From Malassezia furfur (taxonomy: Eukaryota), in assembly GCA_052055015.1 (NCBI GenBank), contig JBQJIT010000029.1: DNA of 49,898 nucleotides; one strand, written 5' to 3'. Shown one piece after another: positions 1 through 9,557 of this stretch. Position 1 is the stretch's first letter, and each line of letters begins with the position of its first letter. The notes below the pieces were generated by a model. That model did no database searches. It was given only the letters and a program-made list of their open reading frames with translations, and was not told the origin of the DNA. Made by a program: the position numbers and the translations under genes.

Positions 1-2
1 AG

Positions 3-2339
3 GTCGCCGATGTGCCTGTGCGCTGCGTGCGCTTCATCGCGCGCAAGAACTGGTTCTTGGCAGGGTCAGACGACTACTACCTGCGCTGCTACAACTACAA
101 CACGCATGAAAAGGTCGCTGCATTTGAGGCGCATCCGGACTATGTGCGCACGATCGCCGTGCACGCGACGCACCCCTACGTGCTCACGGGCGGTGACGAC
201 ATGACCATCAAGCTGTGGGACTGGGACAAGAACTGGCGCCTGCTGCAGACATTTGAGGGGCACACGCACTTTGTCATGCACCTGTGCTTCAACCCGAAGG
301 ACTCCAACTCGTTCGCCTCCGCGTCGCTCGACCGCACCGTCAAGGTGTGGACGCTGGGTGCCAACGTTGCCAACTTCACGCTCGAGGCGCACGAAAAGGG
401 CGTGAACTACGTCGAGTACTACTTTGGCAGCGACAAGCCCTACATGCTTACCACGGGCGACGACCGCACCGTCAAGGTATGGGACTACCTCAGCAAGTCG
501 TGCGTGCAGACGCTCACGGGGCACACGTCGATCGTGTCCTTTGCCATCTTCCACCCGTCGCTCCCGCTGATCATCTCCGGCTCCGAGGACGGCACCGTGA
601 AGCTGTGGCATGCGAATACCTACCGCCTCGAGTCCACGCTCGACTATGGCCTCGAGCGCGCGTGGTGCATCGCGTACCAGATGCACAAGAACGACATTGC
701 GCTCGGCTACGACGAGGGATCGGTCGTGGTCAAGCTCGGAAAGGAGGAGCCGAGCGTCAGCATGGACACGAGCGGCAAAGTCGTCTGGGCGCGCAACGCC
801 GAAGTGCTCAGCACGAACCTCGCGACGCTCACCGACGGCGAGCTCACGGATGGTGAGCGCGTGCGTGTCCAAACACGCGAAATGGGCAGCACGGAAATCT
901 TCCCGCAGCTCCTGCAGCACTCGCCGAACGGCCGCTTCGTGACGGTGTGCGGCGACGGGGAATACACCGTGTACACGGCGCTCGCCTGGCGGAACAAGGC
1001 GTTTGGCGCAGCGCTCGGCTTTGCGTGGGCCGCCGACTCGAACACGTACGCGATCCGCGAAAACTCGCCGACGCGCGTGCGCCTGTTCAAAAACTTCAAG
1101 GAGCAGTCGGGCCTCGTGCTGATCAACTACCAGGTGGAGGGCATCGCCGGGGGCGCGCTGCTCGGCGTGCTCGGCGTGGGCTTTGTGTGCTTCTACGACT
1201 GGACGACGGGTGCGCTGGTGCGCCGCATCAACGTTGACGCGCGGCAGGTGCTCTGGTCGCAGACGAACGCGCTCGTGGCCATCACCACCGACGACTCTTT
1301 CTACGTGCTGCGCTTTGACCGCGCCGCGTACGATGCGTATGTCGCCAGCGGGGCACCCATGGACGACGAGGGCTTTGAGGATGCCTTTGAAGTGGTTACC
1401 GAAATCCCCGAGACGGTGCGCACGGGCAGGTGGACGGGCGAGTGCTTTGTGTACACCAACGCGGCCAACCGGCTGCAATACTTTATCGGTGAGCAGGCTT
1501 ACACGATCTGCCCGCTCGACCAGGAGCTCTATATCCTCGGCTACCTGCCGCAGCTCAGCCGCGTGTTCGCTGCCGACAAGGACGTGAACGTGTATAGCTT
1601 CGCGCTGTCGCTGTCGGTCATCGAATACCAGACCGCCGTGCTGCAGGGTGACATGGCGCACGCCGAGGCGCTACTTCCGTCGATTCCCGCGCAGCAGCGC
1701 AACAAGGTGGCCAAGTTCCTCGAGGCGCAGGACATGCACGAGCTTGCGCTCGCCGTCGCCGTCGACCCGGACCACCGCTTTGACCTGGCGCTCGCGATCG
1801 ACGCGTTTGACGTTGCGCTGGAAATCGCCCGCACGGCCCCCGCCTCGGGCGCTGAGACGCGCTGGCGAACGATCGGCGACCGCGCGCTGGCACGCTGGAA
1901 CGTGCCGCTCGCGCAGGAGTGCTTCGAGATGGCCAACGACATCCACTCGCTGCTGCTCATCGCCACCGCCAAGAAGGACGCGCGCCTCTTGCGCCACGTC
2001 GGCGCGGCTGCGCGCGCCAAGGGCGCATTCAACCTCGCGTTTGCCGCGTTCTTGCAAGTGCAGGACGTGGACGCGTGTCTGGCGCTGCTCGTCGACGCCA
2101 AACGCTATGCTGAGGCCGCGACGTTTGCACGCACCTACGCGCCCAGCCGCGTGCCACAGCTGGTGGCGCAGTGGAAGGCGGCGCTGCGCGCTGAGCCGAG
2201 TGCCAAGCAGCAGCAGCTCGCCGACCGCATCGCCGACCCCACCGAGGCGCCGCAGCTCTTTGCCGAGGGCTGGGACGAAGCGCTGGCGCGCGAGGCGGCT
2301 CTCCGCGTGCCGCAGGCGGGCAACCTGCTCGATACCTAG
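3..2339 (+). CDS. SEC27: Coatomer beta' subunit (beta'-COP), 5' end outside the window
   Basis: The frame is open from the window edge. It has WD40 repeats (FEAHPDYVRTIAVH, FEGHTHFVMHLCFNPKDSNSFASASLDRTVKVW), YTALAWRNKAFG and an alpha-solenoid ending FARTYAPS. Stop TAG at 2337-2339. Confidence 0.95.
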   Translation, partial: VADVPVRCVRFIARKNWFLAGSDDYYLRCYNYNTHEKVAAFEAHPDYVRTIAVHATHPYVLTGGDDMTIKLWDWDKNWRLLQTFEGHTHFVMHLCFNPKDSNSFASASLDRTVKVWTLGANVANFTLEAHEKGVNYVEYYFGSDKPYMLTTGDDRTVKVWDYLSKSCVQTLTGHTSIVSFAIFHPSLPLIISGSEDGTVKLWHANTYRLESTLDYGLERAWCIAYQMHKNDIALGYDEGSVVVKLGKEEPSVSMDTSGKVVWARNAEVLSTNLATLTDGELTDGERVRVQTREMGSTEIFPQLLQHSPNGRFVTVCGDGEYTVYTALAWRNKAFGAALGFAWAADSNTYAIRENSPTRVRLFKNFKEQSGLVLINYQVEGIAGGALLGVLGVGFVCFYDWTTGALVRRINVDARQVLWSQTNALVAITTDDSFYVLRFDRAAYDAYVASGAPMDDEGFEDAFEVVTEIPETVRTGRWTGECFVYTNAANRLQYFIGEQAYTICPLDQELYILGYLPQLSRVFAADKDVNVYSFALSLSVIEYQTAVLQGDMAHAEALLPSIPAQQRNKVAKFLEAQDMHELALAVAVDPDHRFDLALAIDAFDVALEIARTAPASGAETRWRTIGDRALARWNVPLAQECFEMANDIHSLLLIATAKKDARLLRHVGAAARAKGAFNLAFAAFLQVQDVDACLALLVDAKRYAEAATFARTYAPSRVPQLVAQWKAALRAEPSAKQQQLADRIADPTEAPQLFAEGWDEALAREAALRVPQAGNLLDT

Positions 2340-2374
2340 GATCCGTAGTGCGCCCTACGTTGTGCTGCACGCTG

Positions 2375-4156
2375 CTACGGGCCACCGGCCGCGGTCCGCG
2401 CCTCCAGGGCGCGGCGGATATCGGGGTGGAGTGCGCCAAACTGGCTCGCGAGCGCCTCATCGGCATACACGCGCGCCAGGTAGCGCCGCAGCTCGACAAC
2501 GCCGCGTCCGCTATATACGCAGAACGACTGGCGCTGGTGCTGGTTAAACTCCTTGGGCGGCGGGCGGCACATGCTCTGCAGCTCGCTCCGCCGGAATGCG
2601 GGTACGCCCGTGAGACTCAGGTGCGTCAGGCGTGGCAGCCGCTGCGTCAGCCAAAAGATGGCCGGCACGGTGATGTTTTCGCAGTAGGACAGGTGGATGC
2701 GCTCCAGCGTCGCGTGGCGCTCCACCAGGCTGTAGATGGAGGCGTCGGTCAAATTGGCCACACGCACCAGCCCGATGCGCCGCAGCTTGGGCAGGTTCGC
2801 GGCGAGCTGCCCCACACTCGCGTCGGTCAACTGCACGCAGCACGCCAAGTCGAGATAGCGGATGCGCGTGCAGTGCTGCGCAAGGTGCATCACCGCGCGG
2901 TCGGTCAGGTTGGCGACGTGCGCGAGGTGCAGGTACTGCAAATTGCGCCCGAGCTTCGCAATCGCATACACACTCTCGTCCGTGAGCCGTGTGCACTTGG
3001 CGAGCGACAAGTTGCGCAGCTTGGGCGCCTGCGCCACAATGCCACGCACCGCCTCGTCGGTCAGCAGCGCACAGTTGGTCAGATCCAAAATGCGCAAATG
3101 GTCACACATCGCAAACGCCACAGGGCTCGGCAGCACCGGCGGTGCAGCGCCGTCCACGGCGTGCGGCGGATCGCGTGCCAGGCTCTCGAGCAGGGCCGGC
3201 GTGGGGAAGGCGGCGTCGGTGAGCGCGGCGCAGTGCGCCAGCTTGAGCTCGCGCAGGATGTTGGCGCGGAGCCACACCTCGCGCACACTCGCGTCGTCGA
3301 TGCGCGGGCAGTTCACCATATCGGCCTCGAGCAGAATGGGACACGAGCGTACCAGCCGCAGAAACGCACGCCCGTCGACCTGCTCGCACTGCCCGAGCTT
3401 GATGCGTCGCAGCGATGTACACTTTTGCGCGAGCGCCACAACCCCTGCTGAGGTGACCCAACGGCACCCGGACAGATTGGCGCCCTGTAGCCGGGGGCAG
3501 TGCTCCGCCAGCACCTCGAGCGTCGCGTCGGTGACCTGCACGACGCCGCTCACGTCCACGGCGACGAGCTGGGGGGTATGGCTCAGGACCCGTGCAAGCG
3601 TTGCGTCCGTCACCTGCGAGCACCCGGCGAGCGTGAGGCGCTCCAGGCGGTGGCACACGTCCATCCGGCCAAACAACTGGTCGTCCAAGTCGCCGGCCAG
3701 AAGGCTAAAGTTGAGGCGCCGGACATAGGTCGCATACGGGAACGACGCATCCGGTTGGATCATCACATGAATCAGTTTGAACAAACTCGACAGCTTGTGG
3801 AAGGAGGGGCGGTGCCACAGCAGCTGCACACCACAAACGCACCACCGCCGGCACACCAGCAGACACGCCTGTAAGTCGGACTGCGAGCCCAGTACGTAGC
3901 GGAAAATGTGCAGCAAAATTTCGTGCGGTAGGTCCGCATACGACGAGCTGCGCGTACTAGGTGCCGCACGGTCCGCGTCCGCGGCGTCGCGCACCAGGTC
4001 CTGTGTCGTATGCAGGTCGTAGAATTCGTCCGGCATCGTATCGGACGCCGAGCTCCCCGTTGGCGACCCAGGCGGCGAAGACTGCGTCGATACATCACGC
4101 CCAAGCACCGGGAAGAGGTGCGAATGGCCCGGCATCGCGCCGGGCAAGCCACTCAT
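2375..4156 (-). CDS. GRR1: SCF F-box/leucine-rich-repeat substrate receptor (Grr1 family)
   Basis: F-box (LPHEILLHIFRY...CLLVCRRWC) followed by cysteine-containing LRRs and the Grr1 C-terminal signature PPPKEFNQHQRQSFCVYSG. Start taken at the ATG at 4156; the longer ORF extension overlaps EMW1. Confidence 0.9.
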   Translation of the reverse strand: MSGLPGAMPGHSHLFPVLGRDVSTQSSPPGSPTGSSASDTMPDEFYDLHTTQDLVRDAADADRAAPSTRSSSYADLPHEILLHIFRYVLGSQSDLQACLLVCRRWCVCGVQLLWHRPSFHKLSSLFKLIHVMIQPDASFPYATYVRRLNFSLLAGDLDDQLFGRMDVCHRLERLTLAGCSQVTDATLARVLSHTPQLVAVDVSGVVQVTDATLEVLAEHCPRLQGANLSGCRWVTSAGVVALAQKCTSLRRIKLGQCEQVDGRAFLRLVRSCPILLEADMVNCPRIDDASVREVWLRANILRELKLAHCAALTDAAFPTPALLESLARDPPHAVDGAAPPVLPSPVAFAMCDHLRILDLTNCALLTDEAVRGIVAQAPKLRNLSLAKCTRLTDESVYAIAKLGRNLQYLHLAHVANLTDRAVMHLAQHCTRIRYLDLACCVQLTDASVGQLAANLPKLRRIGLVRVANLTDASIYSLVERHATLERIHLSYCENITVPAIFWLTQRLPRLTHLSLTGVPAFRRSELQSMCRPPPKEFNQHQRQSFCVYSGRGVVELRRYLARVYADEALASQFGALHPDIRRALEARTAAGGP

Positions 4157-4256
4157 GATGCTTCCACCAGGCCACGTCGTCCTTGCTGCGCGTTGGGCAC
4201 ACACGACGTGGTTGGCGCTGACTAAACACTGCGAAGGTGGCCAGGGGCTACCGAGA

Positions 4257-7220
4257 CTATGGCCGTAGCTCCGCGAGCCGCTCCTTGAGCGACTCGTACG
4301 CCTCCTCGTCCTCAAAGCTATCGCGCGTGCGCGCCAGGAAGTTTCGCACAAGCGTGCGCGCCTGGAACTTGTGGTCGGGCATCGCCTCCTCGGCGCTGCC
4401 GGGCGACGCAGGGCGTGCGCCAATGTTCTCCAGCGCATCCACCAAATCGTCCAGCTCGCGCGCCGCCAGGCGGAAGGCCTCGACGTCCGTCACCGTCTCG
4501 GTCGCGTCCGAGGCGCCCAGACCAAAGCGGAAACTCTTGATGCGTGCGTCGAGCATCTTGCGGTATTCACCACTCCAGAACAAAAACTTGGCATAACTCT
4601 GGAGGATCGCCGGATCTGTCGAGAACAGCGGCAGAAGCGTCTGGTCAAACAGACGTTGGACTGCAGGGCGAAGGCCATGACCCTCGTTGGGGTTGTGCAC
4701 CACACGCCCGCCCGCCGGCGCGTCGTCGGCGACCGCGTCCTCCTCTTTGGATGGCGCACGCGTTACGGCGTCCACCAGGCGCTGGAGTACGGCGAGGTCC
4801 ACAATCTCGTCCTGCAGCGACGCGGGCCCATTGAGGCTCACTTCACGCGCGCGGATCTCAACCACGCGCGTGAGTGCACGCGCAGCTTCGTTGAGCATAC
4901 CGACGTCCACTGAGATCATCATGTAGTTCGACCAAACGCGCCACGACTCAAACGTGTACTTGAGCGCCACACCGAGCGCCTTGTGCGCGAGCAGGCGCAG
5001 CTCGTAGCCAGTCGTGTCCGACGGGCGCGCAGCACCCTCGTCGTCCGAATCAACCTCGATCCCGGAATCCTGCGCAGTGCTCCCACTGTGGACGCTCGAT
5101 GCGTCGTCCTCGTCGTTCTCGAGCACCTTATCGAGCTGGCTCACCTGCGATTGGTGCATGCGAAGATAGCAGCTCGCCAAGTTGTTCCAGCTCTCACCGT
5201 CCTCTTCCTCGAGCGCCGTGCACTTGCGGAAGGATGCTGCAGCTTCGAGCCAGTGCTCCTGGCGCATGTAGGCACACCCCAACATGAACCAGCTCCGCGA
5301 GAAGACCGCGTTGATACGCACCGCCCTGCGCAGCCACTCGATCGCCGCGACGTAGTCCTGGGACGCAAAGTAAAAGCCGCCCAACGAGCGCGCGGCGCGC
5401 GGGGACGACGACTGCGACACCTCCCACGCACGCAGGTAGTGATCGCGGCACACCTCTGGCTCCAAGTCGCCCAGCAGACACCACAGCTTGCCCGCGCGCG
5501 CGCGCGCAAAGCGCCCGGCACGCACCTGACTCGCCGTGTTTGCTATACGCCTCTGCTCCAGCTTCACATCCGCTTCGAGCTTGCGTCCTTCAAGTAGGTC
5601 GCGCAGCACTTCGACGGCTTCCGTCTGGCGGCCCAGCAGACCGAGGCATTGCACCGCCTCTTCCCACAGCTCGACACGCTCAAAGGTTTCCAGCGCACTG
5701 CGCAGCACACCGAGCGACACGAATCGCCGCGCGAGCTCTGCCTGCATTTCCCAACGCGCGGGCAGATCGAGCGCATGGAAGAAGCGCAGGCGCTCGCGCA
5801 GACTCGAGTCGGCGGTCGGCATCTGGTCGATAAGCGCTTGCAGCTGCAGCGCAGACCGCTCCACGGTCCGCGTGCGGTTTGCCTCGAGCCGCGAGCGCAG
5901 GAGCAGCGCCATGGTGTGTACACTCCAGTTGAGCGGGTGCGACAGGATACGGTCCACAAACGCACCCATCTGCTCCGCGGTCAGCCCGTGCGCGGGCTGG
6001 GTATTGTGGATGTTGAGGCACAGTGCAAGCAGCGTGCACTGGTCTGTGACCGCCAGCGGCGGTTGCGCTCCCGGCTGCAGGTGCGACAAGCCGCTCTGCG
6101 CCGTGTCGGGCGCCGTCGAGGTGAACTTGGTCTGCTCCAGCAGCGTGTCGTCATTCAGCACATAAGTCGCGGGCTGGTGCTCGACCTGGGTCTCGGGGTC
6201 GATGCTCGCCTTCCAGCCGAGGTTGTCTGGCGCCGCACGCTTTTCACTGGACGTCGTGCCCGACGACGTCTCCTCGGAACGGTCAGCACCAGCCTCACGC
6301 GACTCGGCCAGCAAAACCAGCTGCGTCTTGTCCTCTTTCTGGAACTTGGTACGTTTGCCGAGCGCGCCCGTCAGTTCGTATGCAAGCCCATTCGCCTTGG
6401 CCGCATCTACAAGCAGCTCAGACGCCTCGCGGTCCATCCCGGCCCGCTGGCATGCCAGGGCCACCTCGAGGATCGCGCGACTCTCGAGGTTCTGCCAGGC
6501 ATTTTTTTCAGAAGGACTGGCATCGCCGCGCGCATGGCACTCGGCGGCTAGTGCCTCGACGCGCTTGAGTGTGTCGGTTTCATAAGCGACAGTTTCGTCC
6601 AAGATGCGGCGGTGCACTTCACCTGCACGCAGTTGCCACCATGGCAGCGTCACGACCTGCTCGTGTACATGCATCGCCGCGAGCGCGCGTAACAGCTCGA
6701 GCGAAAAGACGAGGAAGAAGGGCGCGTCGCTCAAGTGATATGCAGGCTCACCATGCTTCGTGAGCAATTCGAGACATGCAGCTTGCACCTGGCGGCCATA
6801 TTCTTCATCCTCATCTTCTTCCGCATCAACCGAACGCGGGGGAAAAAGTCCAGGTGCGCTCGCACGCAGCAACGCAGCCGGCGTCACATCCATGTCGGGT
6901 CCCGTCCAGTTCAACTGAACAAACGTATGCAGGGACGCAACTGCGACACACAGCGCTGTGAACGCATCGCCTTCCTTGATCTGGATCGTGTGGCTGTACC
7001 ATGCTCGTATTTCGTTGCCTTGGTCCGCCACCGTCGCACGCGTCAGCGGCTGCAGGCGCTCAGCGATTTGTGCAAGCCATGCGAGACTCGGCGCCGATCG
7101 AAGGATGGCAGCGAAGTCGCCCTCAATTACTTGCTTCGCTAGTGGATGCACATCACCATGGGTATCTCCTCTTATGAGCTGCCACTCGGTATGATCGGGC
7201 GAAGTCCACGTCGTTGCCAT
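4257..7220 (-). CDS. EMW1: TPR protein TTC27/Emw1 family
   Basis: Contains LTGALGKRTKFQ, LNDDTLLE, NWSVHTMALLLRSRLE..RTRTVERSALQLQALIDQ and TPR repeats (ESWNNLASCY). Start taken at the ATG at 7220. Confidence 0.85.
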   Translation of the reverse strand: MATTWTSPDHTEWQLIRGDTHGDVHPLAKQVIEGDFAAILRSAPSLAWLAQIAERLQPLTRATVADQGNEIRAWYSHTIQIKEGDAFTALCVAVASLHTFVQLNWTGPDMDVTPAALLRASAPGLFPPRSVDAEEDEDEEYGRQVQAACLELLTKHGEPAYHLSDAPFFLVFSLELLRALAAMHVHEQVVTLPWWQLRAGEVHRRILDETVAYETDTLKRVEALAAECHARGDASPSEKNAWQNLESRAILEVALACQRAGMDREASELLVDAAKANGLAYELTGALGKRTKFQKEDKTQLVLLAESREAGADRSEETSSGTTSSEKRAAPDNLGWKASIDPETQVEHQPATYVLNDDTLLEQTKFTSTAPDTAQSGLSHLQPGAQPPLAVTDQCTLLALCLNIHNTQPAHGLTAEQMGAFVDRILSHPLNWSVHTMALLLRSRLEANRTRTVERSALQLQALIDQMPTADSSLRERLRFFHALDLPARWEMQAELARRFVSLGVLRSALETFERVELWEEAVQCLGLLGRQTEAVEVLRDLLEGRKLEADVKLEQRRIANTASQVRAGRFARARAGKLWCLLGDLEPEVCRDHYLRAWEVSQSSSPRAARSLGGFYFASQDYVAAIEWLRRAVRINAVFSRSWFMLGCAYMRQEHWLEAAASFRKCTALEEEDGESWNNLASCYLRMHQSQVSQLDKVLENDEDDASSVHSGSTAQDSGIEVDSDDEGAARPSDTTGYELRLLAHKALGVALKYTFESWRVWSNYMMISVDVGMLNEAARALTRVVEIRAREVSLNGPASLQDEIVDLAVLQRLVDAVTRAPSKEEDAVADDAPAGGRVVHNPNEGHGLRPAVQRLFDQTLLPLFSTDPAILQSYAKFLFWSGEYRKMLDARIKSFRFGLGASDATETVTDVEAFRLAARELDDLVDALENIGARPASPGSAEEAMPDHKFQARTLVRNFLARTRDSFEDEEAYESLKERLAELRP

Positions 7221-7398
7221 CGTGGAAGGGGCCGACGTTGCGTCGCGCCCAAAAAAAGTTCTATCGAAGGCTCTAGACTCCACTTGGTCGTCCACACGGC
7301 CTCGACTGGTACACCTGGCCGCGCCTCCACATGGACGCACGGCGCACAGACGTCGTAGACCAGTCAGAGAAGGACGCGTGTCCACCGCAGAGCGTGCC

Positions 7399-8040
7399 TC
7401 ACCGACGTCCCTGAGCCGAGCTTATGGGTGGACTAACAAAATGAACGGCACGGGCTGGATGTTCTGGCAGGGCCTGGAGACTGGGCGGGCGTGACACACG
7501 CATGGGCAAGCCAAAGTAGTCGTCGTCTTCGTTGGAGTGAATGTCCTCGGGGATGTCCGTAGGAGCTGGCCGTTCCGGCGGGGGGGTTATGGGGCGGAAT
7601 GGTCGTGGAGGTAGGGACGGTCTGCTGCTCGGTCGTGGCGTCAGCGGAGTTTGCGGGGTGTATGGGCGAAACACGGTAGGCGTTGGTGGTCCTGAAGAAC
7701 CATGCAGGGATGGTGTAGATGGTGTAGGCCGTGGCGTGCTTGGTGACGTGCTCGCTAGCATCCCCCATCGGGGTGAGTGTTTGGGTGTGCGCGGACTGGC
7801 CCGCGGCGTTGGGGGCGTGTACGGCTCCGGCGGTGCGGTTTTTTTGGGCCGTGTCGTGGACTTAGGGGGGCGTTTTCCGTCGGCGCGCCGTGCAGATCCC
7901 CCCAAAAAACGGTTCACCTCGCTTACCCACTCGTCCATAGCCCGCTGCGTTTCCGAGGGGTCGAGCTCATCGTCACTCCACACGCTCACCGGCTCGTCAG
8001 GCTCATAGACTGGGAGCGTCAGGTGCGAAGGTGCCCGCAT
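7399..8040 (-). CDS. Hypothetical Pro/Ser/Thr-rich disordered protein (213 aa)
   Basis: ATG-initiated ORF filling the gap between EMW1 and the AKR promoter. No recognisable domain; many SP/TP motifs. Confidence 0.55.
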   Translation of the reverse strand: MRAPSHLTLPVYEPDEPVSVWSDDELDPSETQRAMDEWVSEVNRFLGGSARRADGKRPPKSTTRPKKTAPPEPYTPPTPRASPRTPKHSPRWGMLASTSPSTPRPTPSTPSLHGSSGPPTPTVFRPYTPQTPLTPRPSSRPSLPPRPFRPITPPPERPAPTDIPEDIHSNEDDDYFGLPMRVSRPPSLQALPEHPARAVHFVSPPISSAQGRR

Positions 8041-8350
8041 GGTCTCCCTGCCTGGCCCATTTTCTGCGCGTTCATTATAAGTGCTCTGAACGGCCTCGTT
8101 GCTCCGTACAAAGATTCATTGTCGATCCAGCTTCGCGACTCCACCTCGCGAGGTGACTGCGCCCGGGGTGTGAGGAAATAAAGTAGAATGACGTCATTGA
8201 TGCTCCGGGCGCCCAGCGAACCTGCGTTTGCCCTGCAGCCTTCCATGTCGGACCTGCATGGTAATCATGCGCCTTAGAACAATTACATAATCATACCTAA
8301 TGTGGGCCCACGGGCGACCGGCCCAAGCGCATTCGGGCCACCCTCAAAGG

Positions 8351-8358
8351 TATATAAG
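8351..8358 (+). promoter_or_regulatory. TATA box upstream of the aldo-keto reductase
   Basis: TATATAAG begins 55 nt upstream of the ATG at 8406, in one of the longest intergenic regions. Confidence 0.6.
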
Positions 8359-8405
8359 GGTCACACGGACCGTCAGATGATAGCACCTTTCACGAAGAAC
8401 TTAGA

Positions 8406-9377
8406 ATGCCCGCTCAACCTGTGTCTGCCAGTGGTGTCACAAAGGGTAACATCTCGACCCAGAAGGTCAAGCTGAACAACGGCACCGAGATCCCCCAGGT
8501 TGCCCTGGGTGTGTACAAGGCGCCCAACGACGGCACGACCGAGCAGGCCGTCAAGTGGGCGTTTGATGCCGGCTACCGTCACATTGATTCGGCCGCCCGC
8601 TACAACAACGAGGAGGCTGTGGGCCGTGCTCTGAAGGAGTGGACCCAGGCGAACGGTGTTCCCCGCGAGGAGATCTACATCACCACCAAGCTCTGGGACG
8701 CTGACCAGTCCAAGGCTGCCGAGGCGATCGACGAGTCGCTGCGCAAGCTGCAGCTCGACTACGTCGACCTCTACCTCATCCACTCGCCTGAGCCTGGTTC
8801 GGACTCGTTCGTTGAGGCCTGGAAGGCGATGGAGGCTGCCGTCGACGCTGGCAAGATCAAGTCGATCGGTGTGTCGAACTTTGATGCCGAGCACCTGGAC
8901 GCGCTCCTTCCTCACGTGCGCATCAAGCCGGTGGTGAACCAGATCGAGTCGCACCCCTTCTTTGCGCACGAGAAGCTGCGTGAGGAGACGCTCCAGCGTG
9001 GCCTCCAGATCGAGGCGTACTCGCCTATGGCGCAGGGTGCTGCCCTCGACCGTGACGAGATCAAGACGATCGCGACGAAGCACAACAAGACGTCCGCCCA
9101 GATTCTGCTGCGCTGGGGTCTGCAGGTTGGCAACATTATCCTGCCCAAGTCGCTGACCAAGCACCGTATCGAGGCCAACGCCCAGCTGTTCGACTTTGAG
9201 CTCGACAGCGACGACATGGACGTGCTCAACAACCTCGACGAGGGTATGAAGATGGGCAAGCTGGGCCCGCCCGGTACCTCTGCGCCTGCGTCGCCTGGTG
9301 CGACGCGCCCGGGTTCGCGCCGCTCGTCCGGCACGGGTGGTCTTGCCGGCAACAAGCTGCAAATGAGCAGCAGCTAA
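8406..9377 (+). CDS. Aldo-keto reductase (AKR5/2,5-DKG reductase-like)
   Basis: GYRHIDSAARYNNE, TTKLW, LYLIHSP, KSIGVSNF, NQIE and ILPKS are present, so the catalytic tetrad D/Y/K/H is intact. Confidence 0.92.
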   Translation: MPAQPVSASGVTKGNISTQKVKLNNGTEIPQVALGVYKAPNDGTTEQAVKWAFDAGYRHIDSAARYNNEEAVGRALKEWTQANGVPREEIYITTKLWDADQSKAAEAIDESLRKLQLDYVDLYLIHSPEPGSDSFVEAWKAMEAAVDAGKIKSIGVSNFDAEHLDALLPHVRIKPVVNQIESHPFFAHEKLREETLQRGLQIEAYSPMAQGAALDRDEIKTIATKHNKTSAQILLRWGLQVGNIILPKSLTKHRIEANAQLFDFELDSDDMDVLNNLDEGMKMGKLGPPGTSAPASPGATRPGSRRSSGTGGLAGNKLQMSSS

Positions 9378-9557
9378 ATGCCTCTATCCATAGATGCATG
9401 ATACCTTAGTTGTTTAAGGCAAACTTCTTCGGGAGAATGTGGGCAAGGTGTCTGGTGCGCGACGCAACAGATGTACTGTGTGCGGCTGTCTGTGCGCAAG
9501 CGCCGCATGCTTCGCCGCACGTGACCGTCGTTGCGCGTGGGTTTGCGACCGAACGGT

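Noticed and set aside
477..497. GTATGG...CAAG 21-mer in SEC27 that looks like a micro-intron
   Set aside because: It has no CTNAY branch at the expected position and encodes the conserved WD40 end VWDY.
66..1661. Long antisense and alternative-frame ORFs (also 26116-27969, 28889-30166, 37826-39592 and many others)
   Set aside because: These are shadows of real genes caused by high GC and codon bias. They have no recognisable domains.
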